Below, in pieces: positions 10,122 through 19,971 of a stretch of DNA of 64,000 bases. The notes under the pieces were generated by a model. It worked only from the letters and a program-made list of their open reading frames with translations. It had not been told where the DNA came from and did not search any database. The stretch spans positions 4,064,001 to 4,128,000 of the forward strand of contig OY761159.2 in NCBI GenBank assembly GCA_963664395.2. Direction: 5' to 3'. Each line of letters begins with the position of its first letter. The first letter of the stretch is position 1. Origin of the DNA: Candidatus Binatia bacterium. Lineage in GTDB: Bacteria > Desulfobacterota > Binatia > Bin18. Made by a program: the position numbers and the translations under genes.

Positions 10122-10141
10122 GGGCGGTGCGCACACTGCCC

Positions 10142-10837
10142 CTAGGCCATTAAGCGGGCGATATCTTCATCCAAACCGTTGCGTATCTGCTCTGCGAGCG
10201 CGTCCCGGGCGCGTCCCTTGGTGCGGCCGTAGGACGGCAGGTCGAGTGCCGCGAGGTGACGGGCTTCGCTGAGCGCTTCGTCCAAAAGGGTTTTGGCGGC
10301 GCACACCCGGTCCAAGAAGCCGACATCGACTGCCTCGGTTGGACTGTATAAGCGGGCTTGGATAACCGCATTGGTAAAGTGACGTTTGGACAACCGTTCA
10401 CGCGCGAACATCAGACCAAACTCAGGTAGCGTCATACCAATAGCGACTTCATTGAGTCCGATCTTGAAGTCGCCCTGGGTGCCCAAACGGGTATCGCAGG
10501 CGAGAAGCATAAAGCCGCCGGCGGCAATTGCGTGGCCGGTGCTGGCGGCCACAACCGGTTGAGGATGGGTGAAAATCTTGAGCAGCATTCTGGCACCGGC
10601 AGTCACGAGTGTGTATCCGGCCTGCGGACCGGACTGAAGAACCGACAGGTCAAACCCCGCGGAAAAACGACCGGGCCGTCCGGTCAGGACCACCGCCTTG
10701 GCTTCCTGCGCAGCTTGATCCAAAGCGTTATTCACGCCGTCAATCAGTGCATGGTTGACCGCGTTGGCCTTGCCGTCGTCAAGACGAAGAATGGCGATAA
10801 CATCGTTCAGTTCATAGTGCACAGGATTGTCTGACAT
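10142..10837 (-). CDS. enoyl-CoA hydratase/isomerase (crotonase) family protein
   Basis: DDGKANA, FSAGFDL, GHAIAAG, IGLNEVAIG; AGGAG RBS. Confidence 0.88.
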   Translation of the reverse strand: MSDNPVHYELNDVIAILRLDDGKANAVNHALIDGVNNALDQAAQEAKAVVLTGRPGRFSAGFDLSVLQSGPQAGYTLVTAGARMLLKIFTHPQPVVAASTGHAIAAGGFMLLACDTRLGTQGDFKIGLNEVAIGMTLPEFGLMFARERLSKRHFTNAVIQARLYSPTEAVDVGFLDRVCAAKTLLDEALSEARHLAALDLPSYGRTKGRARDALAEQIRNGLDEDIARLMA

Positions 10838-10857
10838 GGATTTTCTCCTTCGCAAAT

Positions 10858-11601
10858 TTAGTGTCCCTTATCCTGTAGCGTCTCTGCTGTATAGGTAAAC
10901 CGGACGCGGGTCTCTTGGGCCGTCCGGACTGAGATCGGCCGTGTCTGTTCTCCAAGCCGCTCGTGCCAGAGGCGCAAGCGATACGCTCCCGGAGGGATGT
11001 GGCTGATGCCGAACCGACCGGCGGCATTCGTTACTGCGGTATAGGGATGGTCGGTGACAATGATATGCGCGCGCATCCAGGTATGCAGTACATCACAATC
11101 GATGAGAACATGACCCGGTTGCGTAAAACGATAGGCTTTCTCCGACCAGTATGGCAGGCCCAGATTAAACACGGTCTCGTAGCCATTTTGACGGGCATGG
11201 ACATTATGCAGGATGAAGTCGCTGTTCCGAAGTTCGAGCATTTGCCCGACGGTTATGGTTTGTACGCGCGGGACAAAGGCACAGCTTTTGTTATCCAGCA
11301 GTGCGGGAAGGGCGGGGCTGCCTTTGACGGCGTGGACGCCTTCAAGAACGACAACGACATTCTTGAGTCCGCGCTGAGCATCGATCAGCAGACTCTCGTC
11401 AGGTATGCTTTCTCCGCAGACTTCCTTGTTTTTGTGAACGGGCAGGGTGACCGGTGGTGGCGCTTGACCGTCGAATACGACCTGTCCGCTTATGCTGCTG
11501 CCATGCTCTACTGTGATTTCCCGGTAGGCATGGGTAGGTGGGACGAGGGTAAATAATATGAGTTGGCTGGCGTACCAGCATACTGATTTGTAAGGCGTCA
11601 C
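10858..11601 (-). CDS. secreted carboxypeptidase-regulatory-like / cupredoxin-like domain protein
   Basis: Signal-like N-terminus, SISGQV, LDNKSCAFVP, LHNVH, CDVLHTWM, IPPGAYRLRLWHE. Confidence 0.7.
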   Translation of the reverse strand: MTPYKSVCWYASQLILFTLVPPTHAYREITVEHGSSISGQVVFDGQAPPPVTLPVHKNKEVCGESIPDESLLIDAQRGLKNVVVVLEGVHAVKGSPALPALLDNKSCAFVPRVQTITVGQMLELRNSDFILHNVHARQNGYETVFNLGLPYWSEKAYRFTQPGHVLIDCDVLHTWMRAHIIVTDHPYTAVTNAAGRFGISHIPPGAYRLRLWHERLGEQTRPISVRTAQETRVRFTYTAETLQDKGH

Positions 11602-11641
11602 GCTTTATACATGACGGCTTTCGTGAAGGCGGGTCAAGTCA

Positions 11642-13036
11642 TCACTCCACCGACAAGCCCTCAACCCAGTTGGCGTGAAAGCCGTACGGCACCCGGTGGG
11701 GGAGGTGAACGGTGGCCAGTGGCTCGTGCGCGATATTTTCGGCGTCGAGAATGACCAGATCGCTCCGATTTTCCTCTTTGCGGTACACTCCCACGAGCAG
11801 AAAGCCTTCGCCTTCGGCTGACTGCGTGGAGCGTGGAACAAAAATCGGCTCCGAGGAATAGCTGTTCGGACCGAACGCATGAGTATGGGAGCGACCGTTT
11901 GCATGGTCATACCCAATGACCGTGTTAAAAAGACCTTCCGAGGGAGGAACGGCACCCTCTTGGCCCGCCGCATACCCCTTCCGATAGGGCAGGCCGGCAT
12001 AGCGTTCGTCCAGGCGGGGAAACTCGCTGAGGCGGTCGTCCCGTTGCGCCTGGGTGATCGAGCGGTCCGTCAGGTCAAGCGACCAGCGAGTGAAGACCGG
12101 GATATTGGTCTCCAGGTCTCCTTCGGCAACCTGAAACAGTGGCAGCAGGCGAAACTGACACACGTCGGCAATGACCGTATTGCCCTGGGTGTAGGCATTC
12201 ATGGCATGAAACACAAAGCAGGGGTCGGTTTCAAACCAGACGATATCAGCGCTGCCTCCGTTACGTGGCATGACCCCGATGCGGGTTCCCAGTTCCGGTT
12301 CCCAGCGTACAGGAGAACCGGAGATCAGATTTTCCGGGCGGAGCGTGGCCGGAAAGACCATGAAGATGACGTGCTCTCGGGTGACAATGAAATCGTGCAT
12401 CATGGTCGGCACCGGAAGGTGAATCTCTTCGCTCCGGGTCAGAGCGCCGTCCGCACAGGCGACCGCGTAGCGCACATACGGCGGGAACGGCCCGTAGCCA
12501 AAAAAGAGGAGTTCGCCCGTTTCCGGATCGACCTTGGGATGAGCGGTCATCGCCCCCTGGAGCTTGCCGTGAAAATCGTACACGCCAATGGTTTCGAGCG
12601 TTGATGGGTCAAGTTCATAGGGCGGGCCGCCTTCCCATAAGGCGAGCAGTCTGCCGGCATGGAAGACGATATTGGTATTAGCCGCATTCGGAAAAACGCC
12701 CTGGGCTCGTTCGTCCGTATTGCTCAGGTCGCTGAGGCCGGCAAAGAGCGCTTCCCCGTGTTGGCGTTCGAGTGTGAACCGTTCCGTGCGGACCCAACGA
12801 TTCCGATAATGCGCTCTGCCTGCACTTAGAGTAAACGCATGGATCATGCCGTCACCGTCAAACCAGTGATACTGTCCGCGCGGCGCAAACTGCGGGTTTG
12901 AGCCGTTCCGGTACAGGGTGCCGTTTAACTCGGCTGGGATTTCGCCCGTGACGACCAGGTCGTGAATCTCGCCTTCCATGGGCCAGGGGGCATAATTCCC
13001 CTGGAGAAATGGATCGTCAGGAAAAGGCCGGCTCAT
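11642..13036 (-). CDS. carotenoid oxygenase (RPE65/lignostilbene dioxygenase) family, cytoplasmic
   Basis: GNYAP, GTLYRNG, HWFDGDGM; four Fe-binding His (TAHPK, MMHDF, VFHAMN, GFHANW); EPIFVP. Confidence 0.92.
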   Translation of the reverse strand: MSRPFPDDPFLQGNYAPWPMEGEIHDLVVTGEIPAELNGTLYRNGSNPQFAPRGQYHWFDGDGMIHAFTLSAGRAHYRNRWVRTERFTLERQHGEALFAGLSDLSNTDERAQGVFPNAANTNIVFHAGRLLALWEGGPPYELDPSTLETIGVYDFHGKLQGAMTAHPKVDPETGELLFFGYGPFPPYVRYAVACADGALTRSEEIHLPVPTMMHDFIVTREHVIFMVFPATLRPENLISGSPVRWEPELGTRIGVMPRNGGSADIVWFETDPCFVFHAMNAYTQGNTVIADVCQFRLLPLFQVAEGDLETNIPVFTRWSLDLTDRSITQAQRDDRLSEFPRLDERYAGLPYRKGYAAGQEGAVPPSEGLFNTVIGYDHANGRSHTHAFGPNSYSSEPIFVPRSTQSAEGEGFLLVGVYRKEENRSDLVILDAENIAHEPLATVHLPHRVPYGFHANWVEGLSVE

Positions 13037-13734
13037 TTCGTCCTCCTGCTGGCTCTTGGTCGAGAGGTTTTCGTGGTGGTACGCGAGGCTGTTCCGGTCG
13101 GACCACGCTTGGGCTGGGAGCGCTCCTGAAGGGGCTGCATTTGGGTACTGAGTAGTCCCATCATCCAGTGGTTTGCGGAAAGATCAAACAACGCAAACAC
13201 CTCGTCGGTCTGAGCGGAGGGTAATCGTCCGGCGAGGGCCAGGGAGGTGAGACCGTGGACCATTATCCACAAGACATTGGCTTCCTTATCAATATCAATA
13301 CCTTGAAATCCACGCTCCTCAACCCAGGTCTTCAACGTCGCCCGCATCACGGCCCAACTCTGCCGCATGCGCTCACGCTGATGCGGCATACCCATCGTTT
13401 CCAGGCTCATGTCCTGGAATATGAGCTGATAAAAGGTAGGATTTTGCAGCCCAAAACGAATATAGCGCCGGCCCATCTGGAAGAGCTGTTCCTCTAATGT
13501 AGGCTCTGCGCGGGCAAGCTCCATCTCGGCGGTGAGTAAGTCACCCGCCTGTAATTTGAGCGTCAGGAGCAGTTCTTCCTTGCCGGTAAAATGCTGATAG
13601 ATGGCCGTAGCGCTATAGCCCAACAGGCCGGCCACCGCGCGCATGGTGAGGCCAGTAGCGCCTTTTTCTTCAACAATCCGTAAGGCCGCCTGAAGGATAT
13701 CTTCTCTGAGGGTTGGATTCGCAGCGCGTGGCAT
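13033..13734 (-). CDS. TetR/AcrR regulator with WHG-like C-terminal domain
   Basis: HTH LTMRAVAGLLGYSATAIYQHFTGKEEL; WIMVHGL; stop overlaps the next start (ATGA). Confidence 0.9.
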   Translation of the reverse strand: MPRAANPTLREDILQAALRIVEEKGATGLTMRAVAGLLGYSATAIYQHFTGKEELLLTLKLQAGDLLTAEMELARAEPTLEEQLFQMGRRYIRFGLQNPTFYQLIFQDMSLETMGMPHQRERMRQSWAVMRATLKTWVEERGFQGIDIDKEANVLWIMVHGLTSLALAGRLPSAQTDEVFALFDLSANHWMMGLLSTQMQPLQERSQPKRGPTGTASRTTTKTSRPRASRRTK

Positions 13735-13791
13735 GGTGACTTCCGTTGTGAGACTATTAGCTACCAAGGTAAGGAGGAGAGGTCATCCTCC

Positions 13792-15327
13792 TTATAATGC
13801 CGCAAAATTCCCATGGAACCCGAGTGGTAGCCAATAGGGGAGACTGGCAATCGCCAGCGGACCGTCGGCTATATGGTTGGCATCAAACACCGCTACTTGG
13901 GTGCGCTTGCGTTTGCTGTCCAAGCCCGTCCCCACCAGCCAGCCGTCTGTTTCCGCAGTACCGCCGGGACGCGGAATGAAAATATGTTCTTCCACGCACA
14001 CCTCGGCTGGATACCGAAATATCTCACGCAGGCCACTTTCCAGGTCGTAGCGGCCCGCCGCATTGAATAAGGGGTGTGATACTGAGTTGTCGGGCTGGCG
14101 TAAAACGGAATATACAAATCGATTGCGGCGACCACTCCGGCGCGGATTAACCCGAGGGAACTCGGTTTCTCCACCGAGTGTCTCCTCCCGAGTCGTCCCC
14201 TTGTGTATATCCAGGCTTATCAGCGTACAGACCGGAGGAGCGCCCTGATGAAAATCACCGCCGTGCATGACGTTCCGCAAGCCGCCAAAGAGAGCCGAGG
14301 CGTCTTGCCGGCGACAGGCATCAAAGCGAATAACGCCATTTCCATCTTCCCAGGCATTGCCGTAGTGGAATGTAAAGCTGGGTGGCAGCTCCAGCGTATG
14401 ATACGTGCTGAGATCAGATTTCTTAAAAACTAAGACCTGGGTTCCCTGCTCCGGGTGCCAGACATGACTATCCAGGAAGGAGTGACCAGAAGCTATCCTT
14501 TCCCGGTCGAACAGCAAGGGAGGAATAACGAGAATCAGATGGCGCTGCGTGGCCAGAAAGTCGTGAACCATGCCGGCCTTTTTCAGTGGTACGGCTTCGA
14601 GCTGTTTTAAGTGACCTTGTGGAGAGATGTGGTATAGCAAGAGCATATTCCGAAACGGAGCCAGCCCAAAATTCCACAAGGTCCCGTCCGGTTCAATACG
14701 GGGATGGGCCGAGAAGGGCAGGCCGGCGGTTTCTTCAGACCAATAATGCGGTCCCCGCGTCTCCAAGGTGTCCGGGTCAAGAGCGTAGGCATCGCCAGCC
14801 TCCCAGAGGGCGAGTAACCGGCCGGCATGGGGGAGGGCGTTGATGTTTGCCGCGTTGACTTCCGCCGGACTGCGGGGCGGTTGTGCGCCTGGCGGGATCG
14901 TCCCAAAGCCCCATACCAATGGTTTTCCAGCCTGGGCTTCTCGCCGATATTTCTCCGTCTCAACAAAACGCCCGATATGCGACACGCCAGCGTCGGAGAA
15001 ACGAAACGCCTGAACCATGCCATCGCCATCAAACCAATGCTGATAACGCACAGTACCAACGACGTGTTTGGCCGGACCGTTCCGGTAAAACGTGCCTCGA
15101 AGCTGAGGCGGGATTGTGCCCTCGATAGTGAGCCGCGGGGTGTCAAAGCTCTGAGCTGCCGCGGTCTCAAAGCCGAGGAGCCAGGGATGTTCAGCCAGGG
15201 CGGTGTGAAAGGCGTCCGTCTGACCAATCTGCTCAGTCTGATTGGCGACTGCTGGAAGACGACCCGGATTGATGAGACCGGCTGCGCCGAGGGCCAATGC
15301 GGATTGTAAAAAATCACGCCGTCGCAT
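13792..15327 (-). CDS. carotenoid oxygenase family protein with twin-arginine signal peptide
   Basis: MRRRDFLQSALALGAAG Tat motif; GTFYRNGP, HWFDGDGM; His ligands SAHPR, MVHDF, TFHYGN, GFHGNF. Confidence 0.9.
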   Translation of the reverse strand: MRRRDFLQSALALGAAGLINPGRLPAVANQTEQIGQTDAFHTALAEHPWLLGFETAAAQSFDTPRLTIEGTIPPQLRGTFYRNGPAKHVVGTVRYQHWFDGDGMVQAFRFSDAGVSHIGRFVETEKYRREAQAGKPLVWGFGTIPPGAQPPRSPAEVNAANINALPHAGRLLALWEAGDAYALDPDTLETRGPHYWSEETAGLPFSAHPRIEPDGTLWNFGLAPFRNMLLLYHISPQGHLKQLEAVPLKKAGMVHDFLATQRHLILVIPPLLFDRERIASGHSFLDSHVWHPEQGTQVLVFKKSDLSTYHTLELPPSFTFHYGNAWEDGNGVIRFDACRRQDASALFGGLRNVMHGGDFHQGAPPVCTLISLDIHKGTTREETLGGETEFPRVNPRRSGRRNRFVYSVLRQPDNSVSHPLFNAAGRYDLESGLREIFRYPAEVCVEEHIFIPRPGGTAETDGWLVGTGLDSKRKRTQVAVFDANHIADGPLAIASLPYWLPLGFHGNFAAL

Positions 15328-15405
15328 GGGAGCCTCCTTTGAAATAGCGCAGCTCCACCCGGATATGGAGGTGAGTGTCACGACTGGGAGTCAACATCCC
15401 GGATC

Positions 15406-15834
15406 CTACTTCAACTCAATATTCAGTGTGAGCGGAGTGCTCTCGACCATAAACGAAATCGCCTCAAACCCTGGAGGACCGAATGTCCCGCGTGCGTTAG
15501 TGCTAAACCCATACGCCTCAGTCGGAATACCGAGCATGTTGGCGTCAAGTTTTTCATTCTCATTCTTGTCGTGAAAGGCGGCGATAGCGTATTGACCGGG
15601 AGGAATATCGGCAAAGATAACGCGGAGCAGATTGGCATGCGTCCGTATTCGCACCCCGCCAAACATTTTCTCGGACTGATACCCGGCCTCGTTATTGTAC
15701 AGCGCCGCTTGGAGTCCGCCGGTTGGAGTAAACCCATGCAACATGACTTCAATATCGGCGGCCAGCCCAAGACGCGGCAACAATACGCAAGCAAGGATTC
15801 CAATCCCGGCAACATATTCTGAGATGGTAGGCAC
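15406..15834 (-). CDS. DUF2141 family secreted protein
   Basis: Signal peptide; PPGQYAIAAFHDKNENEKLD..LGIPTEAYGFS.N..GTFGPP.F. Confidence 0.85.
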   Translation of the reverse strand: MPTISEYVAGIGILACVLLPRLGLAADIEVMLHGFTPTGGLQAALYNNEAGYQSEKMFGGVRIRTHANLLRVIFADIPPGQYAIAAFHDKNENEKLDANMLGIPTEAYGFSTNARGTFGPPGFEAISFMVESTPLTLNIELK

Positions 15835-15862
15835 CTTTTCTCTTCCCTTGTAGTTTTTTATA

Positions 15863-15901
15863 TTACGATGTTAAGTAACATTGTTAAGTAACGTCGTCAA
15901 G
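15863..15901. promoter_or_regulatory. triple 13-bp operator-like array, probable TetR binding site, overlapping a TTGACG -35 on the minus strand
   Basis: ttacgatgttaag / taacattgttaag / taacgtcgtcaag; central unit TAACA-T-TGTTA is palindromic; directly upstream of the DUF2141 gene. Confidence 0.65.
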
Positions 15902-16000
15902 TTATTTTCGGAATACACTTAAGCGCCGTTGTCCTTTGACTGCGCTGACGCTAGGCTGCTCGGACAAACAGGAGGGACGGGCTCGTCCAAGGGGGAGAGT

Positions 16001-17419
16001 ATGTCTGCTGCCGAACTTTGTTTTCTCAGCGCAACCGAACTGGCCAAACGCATCCGCACCCGCGAGGTGTCATGTCGGGAAGTCATGGAGGCCCACCTGG
16101 CGCGGATCGATCACATCAATCCGCAGGTGAATGCGATTGTGACCCTTTTGGCGGAGAGTGGCCTGGAGCGGGCGACCGAAGCCGATGAGGCGCTCACGAG
16201 AGGGAAGGAGGTCGGCCCGCTGCACGGCCTGCCCATTGCCCACAAAGATTTGGTCTTGACCAAAGGCATACGCACTACGCTCGGCTCGCCGATCTTTGCC
16301 GATTTTGTGCCCGACCAGGACGAGATTATCGTCGAACGCCTGCGCGCCGCCGGCGCGATTGCCATCGGCAAGACGAATACGCCCGAGTTCGGGGCCGGCT
16401 CGCAAACGTATAACGAAGTGTTTGGGGAGACGCTCAACCCATATGATCTCTCCACAACCTGTGGTGGCAGTAGCGGTGGTGCCGCGGTTGCGCTGGCGAC
16501 TGGGATGCTGCCGATTGCGGATGGTAGCGACCTGGGCGGCTCGCTGCGTAACCCGGCCAGTTTTTGTAATGTGGTGGGGTTTCGACCCTCGCCCGGCCGG
16601 GTGCCCACCTGGCCGCACCGCGTCGGCTGGTTTCCGCTTGTAGTCGAAGGGCCTATGGCCCGCACCGTGCAGGATGTGGCCTTATTGCTCAGCGTCATGG
16701 CCGGACCTGACCCGCGCGTGCCGATTGCCAATACTGAGTCGGGCGAGCAGTTTGTGCAGCCGCTTGAGCGCTCCTTTGCGGATACCCGTATTGCCTGGAG
16801 TCCGACGCTGGGCGGCCTGCCGGTTGATGCCCGAGTGACCGCGGTGCTCGAAAGTCAGCGTAGCGTGTTCGCCGACTTGGGCTGTGTCATTGAGGAAGCG
16901 ACACCCGATTTCCAAGATGCCGATGAAGTCTTTCGCGTCTGGCGGGCGTGGTATTTTGATCTGTCCTTGGGCGAGCTGCTACCCGAACACCGGGACAAAA
17001 TGAAGGACACGGTCATCTGGAATATCGAAGAAGGGACAAAACTCACTGGCCCACAAATTGGTCAGGCCGAAAAAAAACGCACACTGCTGTATCACCGGGT
17101 GCGCGAGTTCATGGAACAGTACGAATTCCTGATTCTTCCCGTCTCGCAAGTGCCACCGTTTGATGTCAAACAGCGCTACGTGCGTGAGATTAACGGCGTC
17201 CAGATGGAGACGTATTTGGACTGGATGCGCTCGTGTTACTACATCAGCGTAACCGGCTTGCCGGCTATCTCAGTGCCGTGCGGTTTCACACCAGAGGGCC
17301 TGCCCGTTGGCGTACAGATCGTTGGCCGGCATCAAAACGAATTGGGTGTGCTTCAGTTGGCATATGCGTTTGAGCAGGCGACGCGGGTAGGGGAAAGAAG
17401 GCCGGAGATTGGGGATTAG
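16001..17419 (+). CDS. amidase signature family protein
   Basis: GPLHGLPIAHKD, GKTNTPEF, GGSSGGAA, GSDLGGSLRNPA; GGGGAG RBS before ATG 16001. Confidence 0.92.
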   Translation: MSAAELCFLSATELAKRIRTREVSCREVMEAHLARIDHINPQVNAIVTLLAESGLERATEADEALTRGKEVGPLHGLPIAHKDLVLTKGIRTTLGSPIFADFVPDQDEIIVERLRAAGAIAIGKTNTPEFGAGSQTYNEVFGETLNPYDLSTTCGGSSGGAAVALATGMLPIADGSDLGGSLRNPASFCNVVGFRPSPGRVPTWPHRVGWFPLVVEGPMARTVQDVALLLSVMAGPDPRVPIANTESGEQFVQPLERSFADTRIAWSPTLGGLPVDARVTAVLESQRSVFADLGCVIEEATPDFQDADEVFRVWRAWYFDLSLGELLPEHRDKMKDTVIWNIEEGTKLTGPQIGQAEKKRTLLYHRVREFMEQYEFLILPVSQVPPFDVKQRYVREINGVQMETYLDWMRSCYYISVTGLPAISVPCGFTPEGLPVGVQIVGRHQNELGVLQLAYAFEQATRVGERRPEIGD

Positions 17420-17442
17420 GGATTGGGGGTTGGTATTTTGCT

Positions 17443-17579
17443 CCTTCCCTCCTTGGGGGAGAGCCTGTCCTGAGCGTACTTCGACTTCGCCTCTCTGGGG
17501 CTACGCTCAGCACGAACGGAGTCGAAGGGCCGGTCCTGAGCAGAGTGGAATGAAGTCGAATGGGGCTAGGGTGAGGGGG
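17443..17579. repeat. nested composite of REP-like elements
   Basis: Halves of the ccctctccc..gggagag|ggctagggtgaggg element enclose two cctgagc..gtcgaa(g)gg units, one of which contains cttcgac..ctacgctcagcacgaacgg. Confidence 0.65.
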
Positions 17580-17657
17580 GAGTTTAGGGATGAGCGGAGT
17601 GGAGCCCGACAGCGTTCTGAGTATGTCAATTCGTAAATTATAGAGGAGGACTATCCC

Positions 17658-18674
17658 ATGCAATTTGGTTTTATGGAGGATTTTCGGAACCCCGAGCCCT
17701 GGGCGCGGCCATTTCCCGAGCTATATAACGCGCTGTTAGATCAAACCATTCGGGCCGAGGAACTCGGCTATGAGCACGTCTGGCTGACCGAGCACCATTT
17801 TACCGCGGACGGCTATAATCCGTCGCTGTTGCCGACTGCCGCCGCGATTGCCACCCGAACGAGCACTATTCGGATTGGGACGTTTATTCTGCTGCTGCCG
17901 TTTCAGCATCCGATTCGGGTGGCGGAAGATGCGACCTGTGTCGATATCTGGTCAAACGGCCGGTTCGACCTGGGTGTCGGGCAGGGCTATTCGTATATGG
18001 AATTTGACGCTTTGTGTATGCCGCGCAAGGAACGTTCGGCGCGTTTGCGCGAAGGTGTCGAGCTGATTCAAAAAGTCTGGACTGAAGACGCGGTCACGTT
18101 TGACGGGCGTTTTACTCAGGTGAAAGACCTGACCCTGAGCCCTAAGCCGGTGCAGCAGCCTATGCCTATGTGGATAGGCGCACGCGCGGAAAAAGCGACT
18201 CGCAACGCGGCCCGGCTGGGCTGTCATCTCATGGCAACCCTGGGTCCCGACCCGGCGCCATGGTATATTGACGAGCTCAAAAAATGCGGGCGCAATCCGG
18301 ACGATTTCAACATCGCTCAATTGCGACTGGTGTATCTGGCCGACACCGAAGACCAGGCCTGGGCGGACTGCCAGGACCATCTGTTCAGTATGATGGAGTT
18401 CTACGGCCATATTCTGGCTGAGGCGAATGATGCGCCTGGGGACAAAGATGTGTGGCAGTTCACCAAGCCGAGCGAACTCCGCCACTCGGCCTTTGGTGAA
18501 GCGGTGATGATCGGCACGCCGGACCAGGTTGCCCGAAAAATGGAACGCTTCAAAGACGAATTTCAATGCACGCACCTCATCATGAGCACGCAACTGGCCG
18601 GCATGGACCCCAAGAAATCGACCCGCTCGCTGGAGCTGTTCGCCAAGGAGATCATGCCGAGCTTTCGGGGGTGA
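17658..18674 (+). CDS. LLM-class flavin-dependent oxidoreductase
   Basis: AEELGYEHVWLTEHHF, RIGT, HPIRVAED, GRFDLGVG.GY, PKPVQ. Confidence 0.9.
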   Translation: MQFGFMEDFRNPEPWARPFPELYNALLDQTIRAEELGYEHVWLTEHHFTADGYNPSLLPTAAAIATRTSTIRIGTFILLLPFQHPIRVAEDATCVDIWSNGRFDLGVGQGYSYMEFDALCMPRKERSARLREGVELIQKVWTEDAVTFDGRFTQVKDLTLSPKPVQQPMPMWIGARAEKATRNAARLGCHLMATLGPDPAPWYIDELKKCGRNPDDFNIAQLRLVYLADTEDQAWADCQDHLFSMMEFYGHILAEANDAPGDKDVWQFTKPSELRHSAFGEAVMIGTPDQVARKMERFKDEFQCTHLIMSTQLAGMDPKKSTRSLELFAKEIMPSFRG

Positions 18675-18754
18675 GCTGCGGTGAGATGGGAAGTAAGACA
18701 ACTGTAATGTGAAAAGACAATTCAACAAGGACGGAAAGGATAGCGGATAAAATC

Positions 18755-19891
18755 ATGCCCTATGAAGAGGTCTCTGAACCTATTTCTGGTAAAGAGGCGT
18801 TTAGACAATTTGATGGCGCTGCGGTGCAATCGCAAGCAGCTTTCTTATTATTACTTGGTATACAAGCGGGGTCTGATTCCGAAGAAGCACAGGAAAAGAA
18901 ACTTTCAGATATTATTTCCGAAGAGGATAGGGGAAAATTTTCCTTCCCCCCGCTCTTGCCTTCTCCTCGGGAACTTTTTGCCGGTGAAGATATACGAACC
19001 AGTCTTACCCGTGGTTACTTATCCGGCGATGAGAGTTGGGAAAAGATTTCCAGTGAACAGAAACAAAAAATCATACCTGACCTGATTGACGACTTTTACA
19101 GGAAACAAACCCGACAGGCCGCAGCAGAACTCATGAAAGCTTGTCTGTTCCATCGAGACCCGCTTGTACGGGTTGCGGCGGCAGCTTCTCATGTCGAACT
19201 CAGTTCAGAATGGGGGCGTCCAATCAGCATTCTGGAACAAGGCACGCACGAGCAGGATAGTCTCGTGCGTGACGTGGCAGCCACTGCGCTAGCCCGTATC
19301 ATTCCCGATCATCCCCGTCTCGCGGAACTCGCCACACCTATTCCTATTAACAGGGACGGCGAGCCGTCTCACACGAGTCTTCTTGTCCACGGAACCTGGG
19401 TGCGGAATTTCTCATGGTGGCAGCCTGGAGGGGATTTTCACAGCTATTTGCTGAACAATGTGCGCGACGACCTTTACGGTGACAATGACGTCTTTTCGTG
19501 GTCTGGATTATATAACGACTCAGCGCGTCAGCTTGGAGCCCAGGACCTCATTGACTGGGTCGAGAGGCACGATATGAACGGCTTGGAGCACCTTTTTGCA
19601 CACAGTCATGGCGGCAGTGTTGCCACGTTGGCAAGCCAGGCAGGTCTGGATATTGGGAAACTGGTTCTGCTGAGCTGTCCGGTTCATGACAATTATTTAC
19701 CCGATTTCGACAACGTGGATGAAGTCGTCTCAATACATGTCCGCCTGGACCTTGTAGTCCTCGTCGACCGAGGAAGGCAGAAATACAAGCATCCTAAAAT
19801 CCGAGAGCATGTTCTCCCTGTCTGGTTCAATCATTCGGCAACTCACGATCCAAATGTTTGGCAGAGGCACAATATACCGGCTTTGCTCTGA
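18755..19891 (+). CDS. HEAT-repeat + alpha/beta-hydrolase (lipase-like) protein of unknown function
   Basis: HEAT-like DPLVRVAAA and DSLVRDVAATAL; LLVHGTW, FSWSG, nucleophile elbow AHSHGG, C-terminal H; AT-richer 5' half. Confidence 0.7.
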   Translation: MPYEEVSEPISGKEAFRQFDGAAVQSQAAFLLLLGIQAGSDSEEAQEKKLSDIISEEDRGKFSFPPLLPSPRELFAGEDIRTSLTRGYLSGDESWEKISSEQKQKIIPDLIDDFYRKQTRQAAAELMKACLFHRDPLVRVAAAASHVELSSEWGRPISILEQGTHEQDSLVRDVAATALARIIPDHPRLAELATPIPINRDGEPSHTSLLVHGTWVRNFSWWQPGGDFHSYLLNNVRDDLYGDNDVFSWSGLYNDSARQLGAQDLIDWVERHDMNGLEHLFAHSHGGSVATLASQAGLDIGKLVLLSCPVHDNYLPDFDNVDEVVSIHVRLDLVVLVDRGRQKYKHPKIREHVLPVWFNHSATHDPNVWQRHNIPALL

Positions 19892-19971
19892 GTGGGGGAG
19901 AAGTCTTCATGCCTTTCGGCTGTTAGGATATAAAGAAACATCCAGGCTAAGCGTGAAAGAAGAGGCTGGTT

